Shown here: positions 1 to 16,693 of the stretch, in pieces | Layout of the letters: each line of letters opens with the position of its first letter | Numbering within the stretch: position 1 is the first letter of the stretch | From: the human T2T-CHM13v2.0 reference genome, Homo sapiens | Length of the DNA: 64,000 nucleotides | Assembly: GCF_009914755.1 (NCBI RefSeq) | Contig: NC_060931.1 | Direction: 5' to 3' (one strand) | Program-made: the position numbers and the translations under genes | Notes under the pieces: generated by a model | Seen by the model: only the letters and a program-made list of their open reading frames with translations | Told to the model about the DNA's origin: nothing | Database searches by the model: none

Positions 1-1704
1 TTTTTTTTTTTTAAGACAGGGTCTCACTGTGTTGCCCAGGCTGGCGTGCAGTGGCGCAATCTCGGCTCACTACAGCCTCAACATCCTGGGCTCAGGCGAT
101 CTTTTCACCTCAGGCCCCTGAGTAGCTGGGACGACAGGTGTGTACCACCATGCCTGACTAGTTTTAGTAGAGACAGGGTTTCATTGTGTTGGCAAAGCTG
201 ATCTCCAACTCCTGAGCCCCAGCGATCTGCCTGCATCAGCCTCCTAGAGTGCTGGGACTACAGGTGTATGCCACTGCGCCCAGCCTACATCACGATTTTA
301 TTATATCTTGACTGTTGATAATTAAAATTTCCTGGGATATAAATAAGGCAATATGAAGTTGCCCTTTCTCAGTATTTTTCTTTGTACTGCCTGTTATTTG
401 AAAAAGCATTTTCTCCCTCAGGGGAGTTAGGAAAGGTTAGAGAGCTGAGAGAACAGGGTTTCCCTGGGCAGAGGCCGAGTAGGGGAGAGCAGGCAGGGGT
501 CTGTCAGCAGAGTAGTACTGGGGCCATGCATGAGTGGGGCCTTGGGGGCTCTAGGGTCAGCAGGCAGCACACTGGCATGTTCTCCAGGTAGCAGCAGAAA
601 CATTAGGGTGTTAGAGGTTTGGGGTCTGCAGGCATATCTGGGGATCAGAACAAGCTAATGGCCAGCATTGGCTGAAGCAAGGCTTTGAGACTCACAGAAT
701 TGGGCTGTCAGTCAAGCAGGGATCTAAGAGATGGGGCCAGCCAAGCAGAAGTCAAAGGCTGGTGCCAGCATCAAAATCTGCTCTGATGCTCCTTTGGGAG
801 ACTGATTCTTCAAGTCTCAAATGCTGTTCACACCTGTCTCTGGATGCTGTTGGCTACCTGTAAAAGAAAATACATTCAAATGGGCTTAAACTCTGAAGGG
901 ACCTTAGCAGCTCGTGTGATTGAGTTGCATGCCAGCTCCATATCTTGGACTAGCATCTGAGCCCTATATCCATATGAAGAGAAACCATTTCATCTTGTGT
1001 CTCTTAAGAGCAAGGCAACTTTTCCCAGAACCTCTCGCAACCTTTTTCTCACATCTCTGTCCCTGGCACAGAGACCTACATAGACGATGCCCGATGAATG
1101 TGGAATGAATGAATGAAGTGCCTCATGTTTTCCAACATAAATTAACTCACACGATCTCATTTGATTTGTATAGCAATCCTGTGGTTACTCGAAGGGACCA
1201 TATTCTATCACCATCATGCCCGTTTTTCGGAGTAGGAAGCTGAGGCATGCTGAGTGACTAATAGGACAGAGTCAGCCGACACCTTTTTGATTCTAAGTGA
1301 AAGGCTCTTTCTGGCATAAAGTATTGTGACAGGTAGGATTCAGCTGGGAGTGGCAAGAAGGGAGGGAGCAACAGAAATGTCCATTACAAAAAAGACTGAA
1401 ATGAATGAAGCAGGATGATAACTGCAAGTACTGTCCCATTTCCAGCACCTTTTATTCTAGTCTCATGGTATCTCTCAAGCTGATTGTAACAGATAAAAAA
1501 CCGATAGTTATCCAAATAACATGGTATATAGGAGTTACCATTTTTTGTTTTTTGTTTTCAGACAGGGTCTCACCATGTTGCCCAGGCTGGGGTGCAGTGG
1601 TGCACATGGCTTTCTATAGTTTTGACCTCCTGGACTCAAGTAATCCTCCTGCCTCAGCCTCCTGAATAGCCCTGCCCCCACCCACCACCCTCCCACTCAG
1701 CTAA

Positions 1705-1926
<222 letters not shown>

Positions 1927-2399
1927 TAGGTAATGAAACACAAAGGAGACTGAAGAGATGATAATCAGTAAAAGGGCTTGAACTCTGATTGGATCTTTGT
2001 TTAAAAGGCTGGAATAATGAGAAATTAGGATATGGATTGAATATGAATTTATTGTTAATTTTATTAGGTATAATGGTGGAATTGCCATTACATAGAAGAA
2101 TATTCTTAGGAGATAAGTGCTAAAGTATTTAAGGATGAAGCATCTGGATGTCTGCAGCTTACTTTTAAATAGTTCAACAATTTGATAAACACATAAAGAG
2201 CGGGTGTAACAAATTGTTCACTGTTAGATCTAAGTAGATCACTGGTTTTTCAACTTTTGTGTATTTTTGAAAATTTTCACAAAGTTAGGGGGAGGAACTC
2301 TTAGATTTTCCATTTAAATAATCACTTTAGGCCAGGCGTGGTGGCTTACGCCTGTAATCCCAGGCTGAGGTGAGTGGATCACGTGAGTTCAGGAGTTCA

Positions 2400-2618
<219 letters not shown>

Positions 2619-2668
2619 TCATCACTTCAAGTCGTTCTTTTCTGGAGGCCATATATATGGGTGTTTTT

Positions 2669-3270
2669 CTTTTTCTTTTTCTTTTTTTTTTATTGATCAT
2701 TCTTGGGTGTTTCTCGCAGAGGGGGATTTGGCAGAGTCACAGGACAATAGTGGAGGGAAGGTCAGCAGATAAGTGAACAAAGGTCTCTGGTTTTCCTAGG
2801 CAGAGGACCCTGCGGCCTTCCGCAGTGTTTGTGTCCCTGGGTACTTGAGATTAGGGAGTGGTGATGACTCTTAACGAGCATGCTGCCTTCAAGCATCTGT
2901 TTAACAAAGCACATCTTGCACCACCCTTAATCCATTCAACCCTGAGTGGACACAGCACATGTTTCAGAGAGCACAGGGTTGGGGGTAAGGTCACAGATCA
3001 ACAGGATCCCAAGGCAGAAGAATTGTTCTTAGTACAGAACAAAATGAAAAGTCTCCCATGTCCTCTTTCTACACAGACACGGCAACCATTCGATTTCTCA
3101 ATCTTTTCCCCACCTTCCCCCCCCTTTCTATTCCACAAAACTGCCATTGTCATCATGGCCCGTTCTCAATGAGCTGTTGAGTACACCTCCCAGACGGGGT
3201 GGCGGCCGGGCAGAGGCGCCCCTCACCTCCCAGACAGGGCGGCTGGCCGGGCGGGGGGCTGACCCCCCCC
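2669..3270 (-). mobile_element. 5'-truncated SVA retrotransposon (SINE-R plus start of VNTR; SVA_D-like)
   Basis: Poly(T) tail, HERV-K-derived SINE-R, GC-rich VNTR units. Perfect 14-bp TSD ATATGGGTGTTTTT at 2655-2668 and 3271-3284, with an L1-EN-type TT/AAAAA site on the minus strand. Confidence 0.93.
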
Positions 3271-3536
3271 ATATGGGTGTTTTTAAGGCAGGGTTCCTCA
3301 AAATACGATCTCTAAACACTCTGAATCAGAATCACAAAATAAAATATTCAGATGGCCGTTGAGCACATAAAAGGAGAATCACCATCATTGCTCATTATGA
3401 AATGAAAGTTAAAACTGCCGGGCGCAATGGCTAATGCTTGTAATCCCAGCACTTTGGGAGGCTGAGGCAGGCAGATCACCTGAGGTCGGGAGTTCGAGAC
3501 TGGCCTGACCAACATGGAGAAACCCCATCTCTACTA

Positions 3537-3695
<159 letters not shown>

Positions 3696-4161
3696 TCAAA
3701 AAAAAAAAAGTTAAAACTATGAGATCCCATTACACATCCACTAGAATGATCAAAAGTAAAAAGACTGACAGCACCTAAGTATGAATGAAGATGTAGAGCA
3801 ACCAGAACTCATTTGCTAGTGGTGTTGTAACATGGTACAGCTATTTTGGAAAACAGGCAGCTTCTTACAAATAAGCATATCCTTACCATATGACCCAGCA
3901 ATCCTCCTACGTACCCAAGGGAAATGAAGACTTATGTCCAATCAAACACTTGTATTTGAACATTCATAGCAGCTGTATTCATAAGAGCGGAAATATCCAT
4001 CAATTAGAAAGCAGATAAACAGGCCAGGTGTGGTGGCTCACCCCTCTAATCCCAGCACTTTGGGAGGCCGAGGCAGGCAGATCACTTGAGGTCAGCAGTT
4101 CGAAACCAGCCTGGCCAACATGGTGAAACCCTGTCTCTACTAAAAATACAAAAATTAGCTA

Positions 4162-4413
<252 letters not shown>

Positions 4414-5800
4414 TCAAAAGCTGAGCTAAAGGAATGAGACACAAAAGAGTACACATACTGTACAATCAATTCTCTATGTGAAATCCTAGAACAGGCAAAA
4501 CTGGTTTCTAGGGACAGAAAGCAGGTTTGCCTGGGGCCGGACCTCAGGGAGGACCAAGGATTAATGGCAGAGAGGGAACTTTCTAGCGTGTTGGAAATCT
4601 TCCATATTTTGATTGGCAGTAGTTACATGGGTGCCTACATTTGTCAAAAGGCAGTCTTAAAATAGATACACTTTCTTCATTATGCCTCAGTAAATCTGAT
4701 TGAAAATATATACACTTTTTTTTTTTTCCTGTTGGCAGTATGGACTCTTTTAGGCAGGGTAGCTCAAAATGTGGCTTCTGGACCACCAACCAGCATCAGA
4801 ATTACCAGGAAAATTGGGAAAGACCTTGTTTGGGGACCCCCATCCCATGCCTGACCTACTGAAAAACCAAATATCCAGAGCTGCTCTTCTGTGGCCTGCG
4901 ATCCGCTAGGCCAGCCTGAGTCAGAGCCCGGCCTCAAAAGCTCCACTACATAAGCTGGGGCTGGTGGTAATGTTGAGTGTCAGTTTCAAACAATAGCAGC
5001 TGGCAGTGCCTGGTGGGAAGAGACTAGAAGAAGTAGAGGAATTCCATGCAGACCAACCTACTGTGTAGCTCTTCTCTTCAAACTTCTGCTTGTAGAAAGC
5101 AAAGGTATGCTCTAAAGTAGAGGTTGAAACTCATGAGAATTTACCTTGGTGAAAGAAAGGGTTAGAAGCTATTTTTAAAAAGCAGTTGCAGGAAGCATTT
5201 CTGAAGTCAGAACTTCTCAACCCAGGCTGTACACCAGACTCTTGTGGACCTTTTAAAACATCTAATTTCTATTTTTATCAAAGGAGACATGAATATGGTG
5301 TTTTTTAAAAAGGTGGAGATGGTTTTAAGTTTGTAAATGTATGTTTTAAAAAAAAAAAAGTCAGTCCTGACCAGGCACGGTGCCTCACGCTTGTAATTCC
5401 AGCACTTTGAGAGGCTAAGGCAGGAGGATTGCTTGAGCCCAGGAGTTCAAGCCCAACACAGGCAACAAAGGGAGATCCTGTCTCTACAAAATATTTAAAA
5501 TCTAGCCAGGCACAGTGGCCTGTGCCCGTACTCCCAGCTGCTTGGGAGGCTGAGGCGGGAGGATCACTGGCGCCCAGGATGAGACTGCAGTGAGCTGTGA
5601 TCACACCACTGCACTCCAGCCCAGTCAACAGAGAGGGACTCTGTCTTTGAAAAAAGAAAAAGAAAAAAAAAAGTCTGCCTACAGCCTAGTCTCGCTGTAA
5701 ACTGATTCCTCTTTGGAGGGAGACATTTACAGAGTTTAAATTATATGCAGGCGAAATACACAATCTTGAGAGTACAGCTTGATGGGTTTTTATATATGTA

Positions 5801-6208
5801 TGGTCATTCCTCGGTATCTATGGGGGATTGATTGCAGGACCCCCCCCCCCCAATATTTTTTTTTGAGACGGAATCTAACTGTTCCTCAGGTCTGAGTGCA
5901 GTGGTGTGATCTCGGTTCAGTGCAGCCTCCGCCTCTGCTTCCTGGGTTCAAGCGCCACATCTGAGGGTGCACAAGTCTCTCATACAAAATGGTGTGGCAT
6001 TTGCACATAACCTATGCATATCATCTCTGTATACTTTAAGTCACCTCTACATTGCTTATAACACCTGATACAATGTAAATGCTACGTAAACAGTTGTTAC
6101 ATTGTTTGTATATCATTTGTATTTTTTTAAATGATTTTCTCCCAAATATTTTAAACCCAAGGTTGGTTGAATTCACCGACGCAGAATCCATGGATAGGGA
6201 GGGCCAAC
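5801..6208. mobile_element. MER2-like (Tigger/TcMar) DNA transposon remnant with internal Alu fragment
   Basis: Termini resemble the MER2 TIR (…CCTCGGTATCtaTGGGGGATTG… / …CCATGGATAGGGAGGGCCAAC). Confidence 0.65.
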
Positions 6209-8565
6209 ACCCAACTCCCACCCAGATCAAGATACGGACCATTTCCAGCACCCTAGAAAGTTCCCTGATGGTCCTTCCAAGCTAATAGTCCCCGCTTCTC
6301 AAGATAATCACTATTCTGACTTCGGACACCACTGGTTAGAACCACTTTAGGTGCTTTCTGTGGTTCCTCCTTGTATTTGTTTTCATAGTTCTAAATAATG
6401 TTTATACTGCTGTTTCTTGGCTTGCCAACTTGGGACAATGGTAGCTTTCTCGAATAGCAGACCAGACTTTCACTCAGTCTCCATCCTCACCAAGTAAAAC
6501 AAAAATGTTCCAGATTTCCAGGCCCCGGGATCACTCCTACCACTACCTTGGCTTACTCAGATTGAATCCTGCACCTGGGAGGAGTCTGAGTACCTGTGGT
6601 GTGTGGTTTTTTTTTTGTTTGTTTGTTTGTTTGTTTTTTTGGAGATGTAATTTCTTGTTGCACAGGCTGGAGTACAATGGCACAATCTTGGCTCACCACA
6701 ACCTCCACTTCCCGAGTTCAAGCGATTCTCCTGCCTCAGTCTCCCGAGTAGCTGGCATTACAGGCATGTGCCACCACACCCGGCTAATTTTGTATTTTTT
6801 AGTAGAGACGGGGTTTCTCCATGTTGGTCAGGCTGGTCTCGAACTCCCAACCTCAGGTGATCAGCCTGCCTTGGCCTCCCAAAGTGCTGGGATTACAGGC
6901 GTGAACCACTGCGCCCGGCCTTTTTTTTTTTTTTTTTTTGAGATGGAGTCTTGCTCTGTCACCCAGGCTGGAGTGCAGTGGCACATTCTCGCCTCACTGC
7001 CGAGAATGCAACCTCCACCTCCGGGGTTCAAGTTATTCTTCTGCCTCAGCCTCCTGAATAGCCGGGATTACAGGTGCCTGCAACTACACCAGGCTAATTT
7101 TTGTATTTTTAGTAGAGACAGGGTTTCAACCATGTTGGCCAGGCTGGTCTCGAACTCCTGACCTCAAGTGATCCCCCGCCTCGGCCTCCCAAAGTGCTGG
7201 GAGCACTTCAGTGTGAGCCACCGCGCCCAGCATCACGCCCAGCATCACGTGCGTTTTTTAACCTCACAGGCGATTCCAGCCAGCACCTGTCCCTGGGGAG
7301 CCCTGAGCCTGTGGTACTTGGCCCTGAGGCTGGGAGGAGCTGAAAGGCTCCTGATGTCCCAGACACAGGATGTTTGCTGTGAGGAGCTTGGAAGTTAAAA
7401 TAGAGTATGTTCTCAGACTGCCAGGTTAATTTGCAGTTGGAATAAGAAGCAAGCCGTGAGAATCACTAAAGTGTTTCTAAGATTTTTATTGCTTGTCAAG
7501 TACATCCTTTAGGGCTCCGCGTCTAAATATTTAAGATTCCAGCTTTGCTCTTATCAGAGCTCAAATGTGGCCACAGTTCTCCCACCCTTTGCCTGGTCAT
7601 AATTCAGAACCAACTTATCACCATGGTTTGTTCTCATTCTCCTTCTCTTACTCCCAACCAGTGACACCCGGGCTTCTGCTTACAGCTGGAGGCACTGGCC
7701 ACCTACCTTCCTTCCTTGGCTGGGAGCATCAACAGCCAAGCCCCTTTACACGGCAGTCATCTTGATGAGTTGCTGGGGCCAAAGCCTGCCCTCCCTCCCT
7801 CTGTAAGCAGTATGGATTCCTTGTGGCCTTCTGAGCCTTCTCCTTGCTACTCAAGAGTTTCCAAATCAAAAGACTTGCAGCCTGTTCCTGTTTTTTAAAA
7901 GTATTTATAAAAGCTGAATGTCAATTTTCTACTTAGAGTTATAAATAGAAGCAGATGCTCTGGTTTGTTGATCAGCACGCTGTGTTCTTACAGGGGAAGT
8001 CAAAGAATCCGAAGTGTGCTTGGAGCATAGAACTAGCGCAAGAGGGCGCTAGTGAGGCGGTGCGGCGCGGGCGGCCAGGAGCTAGGGTTTGAAAACAGAC
8101 TTCGGTTTGAGCCCTGAATCTGCCACTTAGAAGCTGTGTGCCCTTGGGAAGCGATAATAATACATTTACCAAAGTCAGACTAGATAACCCCAGCACTGAG
8201 GAGTTATCCACATCATCTCTTCGTCCTTCACAACAATAAATCTATAAGCTAGAAGTTACCATCTCCAGACTTACAGATGAGATTGCTGAGGCTTAAAAAA
8301 GTCAAAAAGGTACTCAAGGTATCATGATAGGGCCTGGGGGAGTTGAATGTAGTTTAGATTAACCCCAGGACCTACTACTTTATTTTTATTGCGTTTATTC
8401 AAAGGCAAAACCTGTAAGAGATGCCTAAAAATGATAATGGCTACCTTTCTTAAAAAAACTTTATTGAGATTTAATTTTCCCACAATAAAATTCACCAATT
8501 TCGGCTGGGCGCAGTGGCTCACGCCTGTAATCCCAGCACTTTGGGAGGCCGAGGGGAGTGGATCA

Positions 8566-8906
<341 letters not shown>

Positions 8907-9221
8907 TCAAACCTCTGGCCCCGGCAACCACTGATCTCTCTAGCATGAGCTTTATCTTCTCTAGAACTTTATATAAATGGAGTTATTGGCATACAGACTT
9001 TCATGCCGACTTCCTTCCCTTAACACGATGCTGCTGAGACTCACCCGTGCTGTGTGCATCAGCACATCCCACCTTTTCACATTGAGTAGAATCCATTGTA
9101 AGGGTGCCCCGCCGCTTACCCACTTAAAGTCATGTGTTTATTTGCTTTTTGTGTATCTTTTTGGTGAAGTGTCTATTCAGATCTTATATAGGGCCTGTAA
9201 TTTTTTTTTTTTTTGAGATAG

Positions 9222-9510
<289 letters not shown>

Positions 9511-10414
9511 TAACCCGCACACTCTACCTGCGCATTTTTTTCCTCGAGTCTCATCTATTAAATGGAAATAAAAACGCAAGCATGGAAGAAGACTGCTGCT
9601 GTTCCGTCTGCCCTTCCCCCACTGTCTAGGGAACCCCCCCCTTCACACCTCTGCAGTCACACGAATGTTTTAGTCAATGTGGACGTTTCCACACTGGTAA
9701 CAGTGACAGCTTAGTGGTCCAGAGGCGGGTGCCTGAGCCTGTTTAAAACAATCCCAGTCCTTCCTTGGGACTAGTTTCTAGCTTGGACTGGCTGTTCTCT
9801 TGAACTGAGGATGTCACGGAAGTTGACAGCTGTTAGTGGCCATGTGCCGCCATGATAAAGCTGGCCACCGCAGAAGCAAGTGACCCAGGCACAGGAAGAG
9901 GGGTCGAGGCAGGACATGAGGAGCCCGGCTCCAGCCAGTCCCAAGCCCAGTTGTATCCCTACTCTTGGCCTCTCTAAGGCCCTCCTGAGTCTTCTAATCA
10001 TTTCTCTTTCTTGCGTAGGCAGCTTGGAATTGGGTTTTTGTTACTAAAAGCCAAACTAACCCACTAATGTACTGGGTCATTGTGGAAATTCCATGCGCTC
10101 TATATGTAAACTGTTCACACACACTACCTGGGGCATGGCAGAGTCACCACAGATGTTGGCTACGACACTGCCAGGTGGCCAGTCCCAGCTAGAATGGCCA
10201 GGCACTGGGTCCTGCTGCCCTCACTTCACTCGGTGTCCTTGGATCCTCACAGCCTCACCCGGACTGTGTGTGCAAGGACCTTACGGGTTTGAGGTGAGGC
10301 CGGAGCTTGACAGGGGACGAAGAACAACTTAACACCCTGTGAAGTGGGAAATGCCATCTGTGAGAAAGACGCCACTGTGCAGAACTGACAGACCCAGCCT
10401 CTAGACTCTTCCTA

Positions 10415-10748
<334 letters not shown>

Positions 10749-11989
10749 TCATCATTAGTTTGTTTGTTTGAGACAGAGTCTCGCTCTGTTGCCCAGGCTG
10801 GAATGCAGTGGCATGATCTCAGCTTACTACAACCACTGTCTCCCAGGTTCAAGCAATTCTCATGCCTCAGCTTCCTGAGTAGCTGGAATTACAGGCATGT
10901 ACCACCACACATGGCTAATTTTTTGTATTTTCAGTACAGATGGGGTTTTGCCACATTGGCCATGCTGGTCTCCAACTCCTGACCTCAGGTGATCCACCTG
11001 CCTCAGCCTCCCAAAGTGCTGGGATTACAGGCGTGAGCCACCGCACCCGGCCATCATTAGTCATTTTTCTACGAGTTATTAGGCATAAATTGTGAAACAT
11101 TCACAGGAGGGATTGTGTGTTTGAGATCATCTCTGGTCCAGTTCTTTGCCTCTCCCTGCATCCATGCCCTTTGCCACCTGAGCCTGCAGCTTCATCTACT
11201 TCAGGACTGGCTGGACTCCCCCACCCCTGCCCACTGAGTTTGGCTGTTTCTGTGGCTCCAGCTAGTGGCCTGTTGGGGAAAGAATGGTGTGTCAGTTCTG
11301 ACCTAGGCCTCAAAAGGCCTGCGTGTTTCTTTTGGCTCTCTTGCCATTGTCATAAGACTATGTCTGCCTATCCCAGTAGCTGGAGGACAATGAAGGACAC
11401 ACGGAACAGGGCTGCTCCAGCCAAGGCCGGGCTAGAGAAGGCCACCCAAGCCAACTTGCAGATGTAGGGGAGCCCAGCTGAGATTGGTGGAGCCGGCCAA
11501 ACAAACGTGTATTGTTCAGAAATGCAGTTTTATTTATTTTTGAGATGGAGGTGTCTCACTTTGTCACCCAGACTAGAGTGCAGTGGTGTGATTGTAGCTC
11601 ACTACAGCCTTGAACTCCTGGGCTCAAGTGATCCTCCCACCTGAGTAACTGGGACCACAGACATGTGCCACCATTCCTGGCTATTTTCCTTGGTATATAC
11701 AGGGTCTTGCTTTGTTGCTCAGGCTGGTCTAGAACTCCTGGGTCCAAGAGATCCTCCTGCCTTAGCCTCCTAAAGTATTGGGATTAGAGGCGTGAGCCAC
11801 TGCACTGGATCAGAAATGCAATTTTAAATGAGATACCACCATACACCGATCGGTAGGGCTGAAAGTAAAAAGACAACACCAAGTGTTGGTGAGGACTTGT
11901 AGCACCTGGACTTTCATGCATTGTTGGTGGAAATAGAACATGATACACCTTCTTTGGGAAACATTTTGGCAATTTTTTTTTTTTTTTGA

Positions 11990-12094
<105 letters not shown>

Positions 12095-13323
12095 TGAGTA
12101 GCTGGGATTACAGGCATGTGCCACCACACCCGGCTAATTTTGTATTTTTAGTAGAGACGGTATTTCTCCACATTGGTCAGGCTGGTCTCAAACTCCCAAC
12201 CTCAGATGATCCCCTCCCCCCCCCCACCCCGCCCCGCCTCGGCCTCCCAAAGTGCTGGGATTACAGGCGTGAGCCACCATGCCCCGCGTGGCAATTTCTT
12301 AAAAGGTGAACTATATACTTAGCACCTGACCCAGTGATCTAATCCCCAGGAATCCGGGAGAAATGAAAACACTTCCATACAAGTACTTGTACTGACATGT
12401 TCATAACAGCTTAATTCATAACCACCCCAGACTGGAGACAAGACTAATGTCTATCAACTGGTGAATGGATAAACACATTGTAGTACTGTGTGCCCATACA
12501 ACAGAATGAGCTGCTCATATGTGCAACATGAATTTCCAGAAGCATTATGCTGCATGCAATGCACATGCTGTGTGACTCCGCTTCTACGAACTCTACAACA
12601 GGGAAGATGGACGTGGTGGAACACATCAGGACAGTGTCTGTCTCTGGAGTGGATGTGGGGTCATGGGGAAGGGCCTTGAGGGAGCTTTCTGGGGGGCTGT
12701 CAAGGGGAAACAGTTCAGGTGGTTGGAGCAGGGAGAGACCAGGGCGTGCAGTTAGAGGCGAGGTTTGAAAGGTGGGTGAGGCCAAGTGGCAAGGGCCTTG
12801 TGTGCATGATCTGCTTCGGCTGTTATCCTGAGCAGAGCAGCCGACACTCATGAGGGTTCCAGGCTGGGCCAGAGACTCAGTCTTCCTCTTTTTGCCCAAG
12901 CTGCCATCCCTCAAGACACTTAGTAGTTCCCTGCTTCCTCCCCAATTTCTGGCACGTGATGCTCTGGAAACGTAAAGCTTGCAGGGTAACATGAACCTCC
13001 TGGACCCCTGCCTCAGCACAGGAGGGGATGCAGATGTTGGTTGGGAATAGCGGACACAAAGGTGATGGGTTGGTTTCCCAGGACTATCGTAACAAAGTAT
13101 CTCAGACTGGGTGGCTTAAACAACAGAACTTTTTTTCACCAACCTGATGCTTTTGTTTAAAAAAAATAATTAAAAACAATTAAAAAAAACCAAAAACCCA
13201 GAAATTTATTCTGTCACAGTTCTGGAAGTCAGAGTCCAAAACCAAGGCATGAGCAGGGCCATGTTCCCTCTGATGGTGCCGAGGAAGGATCTGTTTCTAG
13301 GCCTCTCTCCTGGCTACTGGTAG

Positions 13324-13593
<270 letters not shown>

Positions 13594-14403
13594 TAGTAGA
13601 GATTGGATCTCCCTATGTTGCCCAGGCTGATCTCGAACTCCTGTGAGCCTCCCACCTCAGCCTCCCAAAAGTGTTGGGATTACAGGTGTGTGCCACCACA
13701 CCTGGCTTTTTTTTTTTTTTTTTTTTTTTTGTATTTTTAGTAGAGACTGGATCTTCCCATGTTACCCAGGCTGATCTTGAACTCCTGTGAGCCTCCCACC
13801 TCAACCTCCCAAAAGTGTTGGGATTACAGGTGTGAGCTACCATAGCCGACTTAATTTGTGTGTTTTATAACAACATTAGTCAAATTGGATTAGGGCCCAA
13901 CCTAATGATCTCATCTATTTTTTAAATAGAGATATGATCTCACTATGTTGTCCAGGCTGGTCTTAGACCCCAGGGCTCAAGTGATCCTTCCCCTTCGGCC
14001 TCCCTAGTAGCTGGGACTACAAGCTTGCACCACAGTGCCTGGCACGACCTCATCTTAAAAGACCCCATTTCCAAATAAGTTCACATTAATAAGTATTGGG
14101 AATTAGGACTTCAACATTTTGGGGGACACAATTCAATCTATAACAGCAGGCTCTATTTTAATATTATTTATTTATATGACCCTCATCTAGCAGTCTGTCA
14201 GCTTCAACTGACAACCATCAGCTGTGTAGATTATATTTCTTTTATAAGTGTATTGAGGCCGGCCATGGTGGCCCATGCCTGTAATCCCAGCACTTTGGGA
14301 GGCCGAGGTGGGCAGATCACCTGAGGTCAGGAGTTCAAGACCAGCCAGGTCATCATGGCAAAAACGCTGTCTCTATCAAAAAATACAAAAAATAGTTAGG
14401 CAT

Positions 14404-14912
14404 CAATCCCATTACTGGGTATATACACAAAGGATTATAAATCATGCTACTATAAATACACAAGCACACGTATGTTTATTGCAGCACTATTCATAATAGC
14501 AGACTTGGAACCAACCCAAATGTCTATCAATAATAGACTGGATAAAGAAAATGTGGCACATATACACCATGGAATACTATGTAGCCATAAAAAAGGATGA
14601 GTTCATGTCCTTTGCAGGGACATGGATGAAGCTGGAAACTATCATTCTCAGCAACTGTCACAAGGACAGAAAACCAAACACCGCATATTCTCACTCACAG
14701 GTGGGAATTGAACAATGAGAACACATGGACACAGAGAGGGGAACATCACACACTGGGGCCTGTTGGTGGGTGGGGGACTGGGGGAGGGATAGCATTAAGA
14801 GAAATACCTAATGTAAAAGTTGATGGGTGCAACAAACCAACATGGCACATATAAACCTATGTAACAAACCTGCACATTGTGCACATGTACCCCAGAACTT
14901 AAAGTATAAAAA
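14404..14912 (+). mobile_element. 5'-truncated L1PA 3' end inserted into the A-rich linker of an Alu
   Basis: L1 ORF2 C-terminus/3'UTR sequence plus A tail. Degenerate TSD AAAAAATAGTTAGGCAT / AAAAAATAGCTGGGCAT. Alu left arm at 14258-14403, right arm at 14913-15056, outer Alu TSD ATAAGTGTATTGA. Confidence 0.85.
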
Positions 14913-15711
14913 AAAAAATAGCTGGGCATGGTGGTGCACACCTGTGGTCCCAGCTACTTGGGAGGCTGAGGCAGGAGGATCCCTTGAGCCCAGGGAGGTA
15001 GAGATTGGATTGAGTCAAGATTGTGCCATTGCACTGCAGCCCAGGCAACAGAGCAAAAATAAGTGTATTGAATCTCTTGATTCATCTATTGAATAGGGCT
15101 CTCTTCTGGCCACCACGTTCTGAACCAAGGCTGGCTATTTAGACAGGCTGCAGCACACAGCAGAAGACTTCCTGTTTAAAAATGTCAGAATAATGCTGCT
15201 TCTCTCCAAATCTACCCCAAAGCAGTAAGGAGAACAAGCAGCAGAAATCCACACCTTGGCACTAAGGAAACTAGGAGACCTCTGAAACCCTCAGCCATGA
15301 AAGTATGAGGAAGGGATGCCAACTGCCCTGAATGTTAAACAGGTGTAAGGAGAGGGCACGTCCTGGAGGCAGCCAGCTGAGCATAATTCTCCAAAGTCAG
15401 TGACACGCCAGGGAGCAAAGCATGACAGGATGCTCAGGTAGGGACTTGCCCAGACCCAGGCAGGGAGCTGGAGTGAACACAGGAGGTGAGGCTGAATGCG
15501 GAGTCACACAGACAAGCCTTGTTTGAAGGAAGGAATCTGCAAGTGAGGTTGGACAGAGAGGAGCAACTGTCCACCATGAGCCTGCATCTGATGAGCTCAG
15601 CGGACAGGAGGAGTGAAGGTTATCCACTCACATGAATGCTGCTCTCCTAGAGCATACATAGCCCAGGCCCTTCAACTCCTGACATCTGGTGGTCTAGACT
15701 TGCCTCATTCA

Positions 15712-15918
<207 letters not shown>

Positions 15919-16312
15919 TCACTTGAGCTCCAAAGTTCAAGACCTCCAAAGTTCAACATGGCAAAACTTTGTCTCTACAAAAAATACAAAAATTAGCCAG
16001 GCATTGTGGCACACACCTTTAGTCCCAGATACTCAGGAGGCTGAGCCCAGGAGGCAAAAGTCATAGTGAGTCAGTATCATGCCACTATCCTCCAGTCTGG
16101 GTGACAGAGCGAGACCCTGCCTCAAAACAAAACAAAAGCTATCACAGAGAGCCAGGCACAGTGGATGCAGCACAATTGAAAAGAAGTAATCCTGAAATCA
16201 TAAAAAGGAAGAGCAAGAGAAAAAACGATACATTGGGATTGAGAAAAATAGTAAAGAACAAAGTAGAATAGACAAAAGTTTAAAATGAATACACAGAATA
16301 TGATAGACATGA

Positions 16313-16693
<381 letters not shown>

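Noticed and set aside
6505-7161. 218-aa ORF and the many similar 60-150-aa ORFs (…[13 protein letters not shown]…, …QAGLELLTS…)
   Set aside because: These are translations of Alu sequence, with no splice or domain support.
12444-13019. 191-aa minus-strand ORF
   Set aside because: No recognisable domain, partly old L1-like sequence, and no exon structure I can support.
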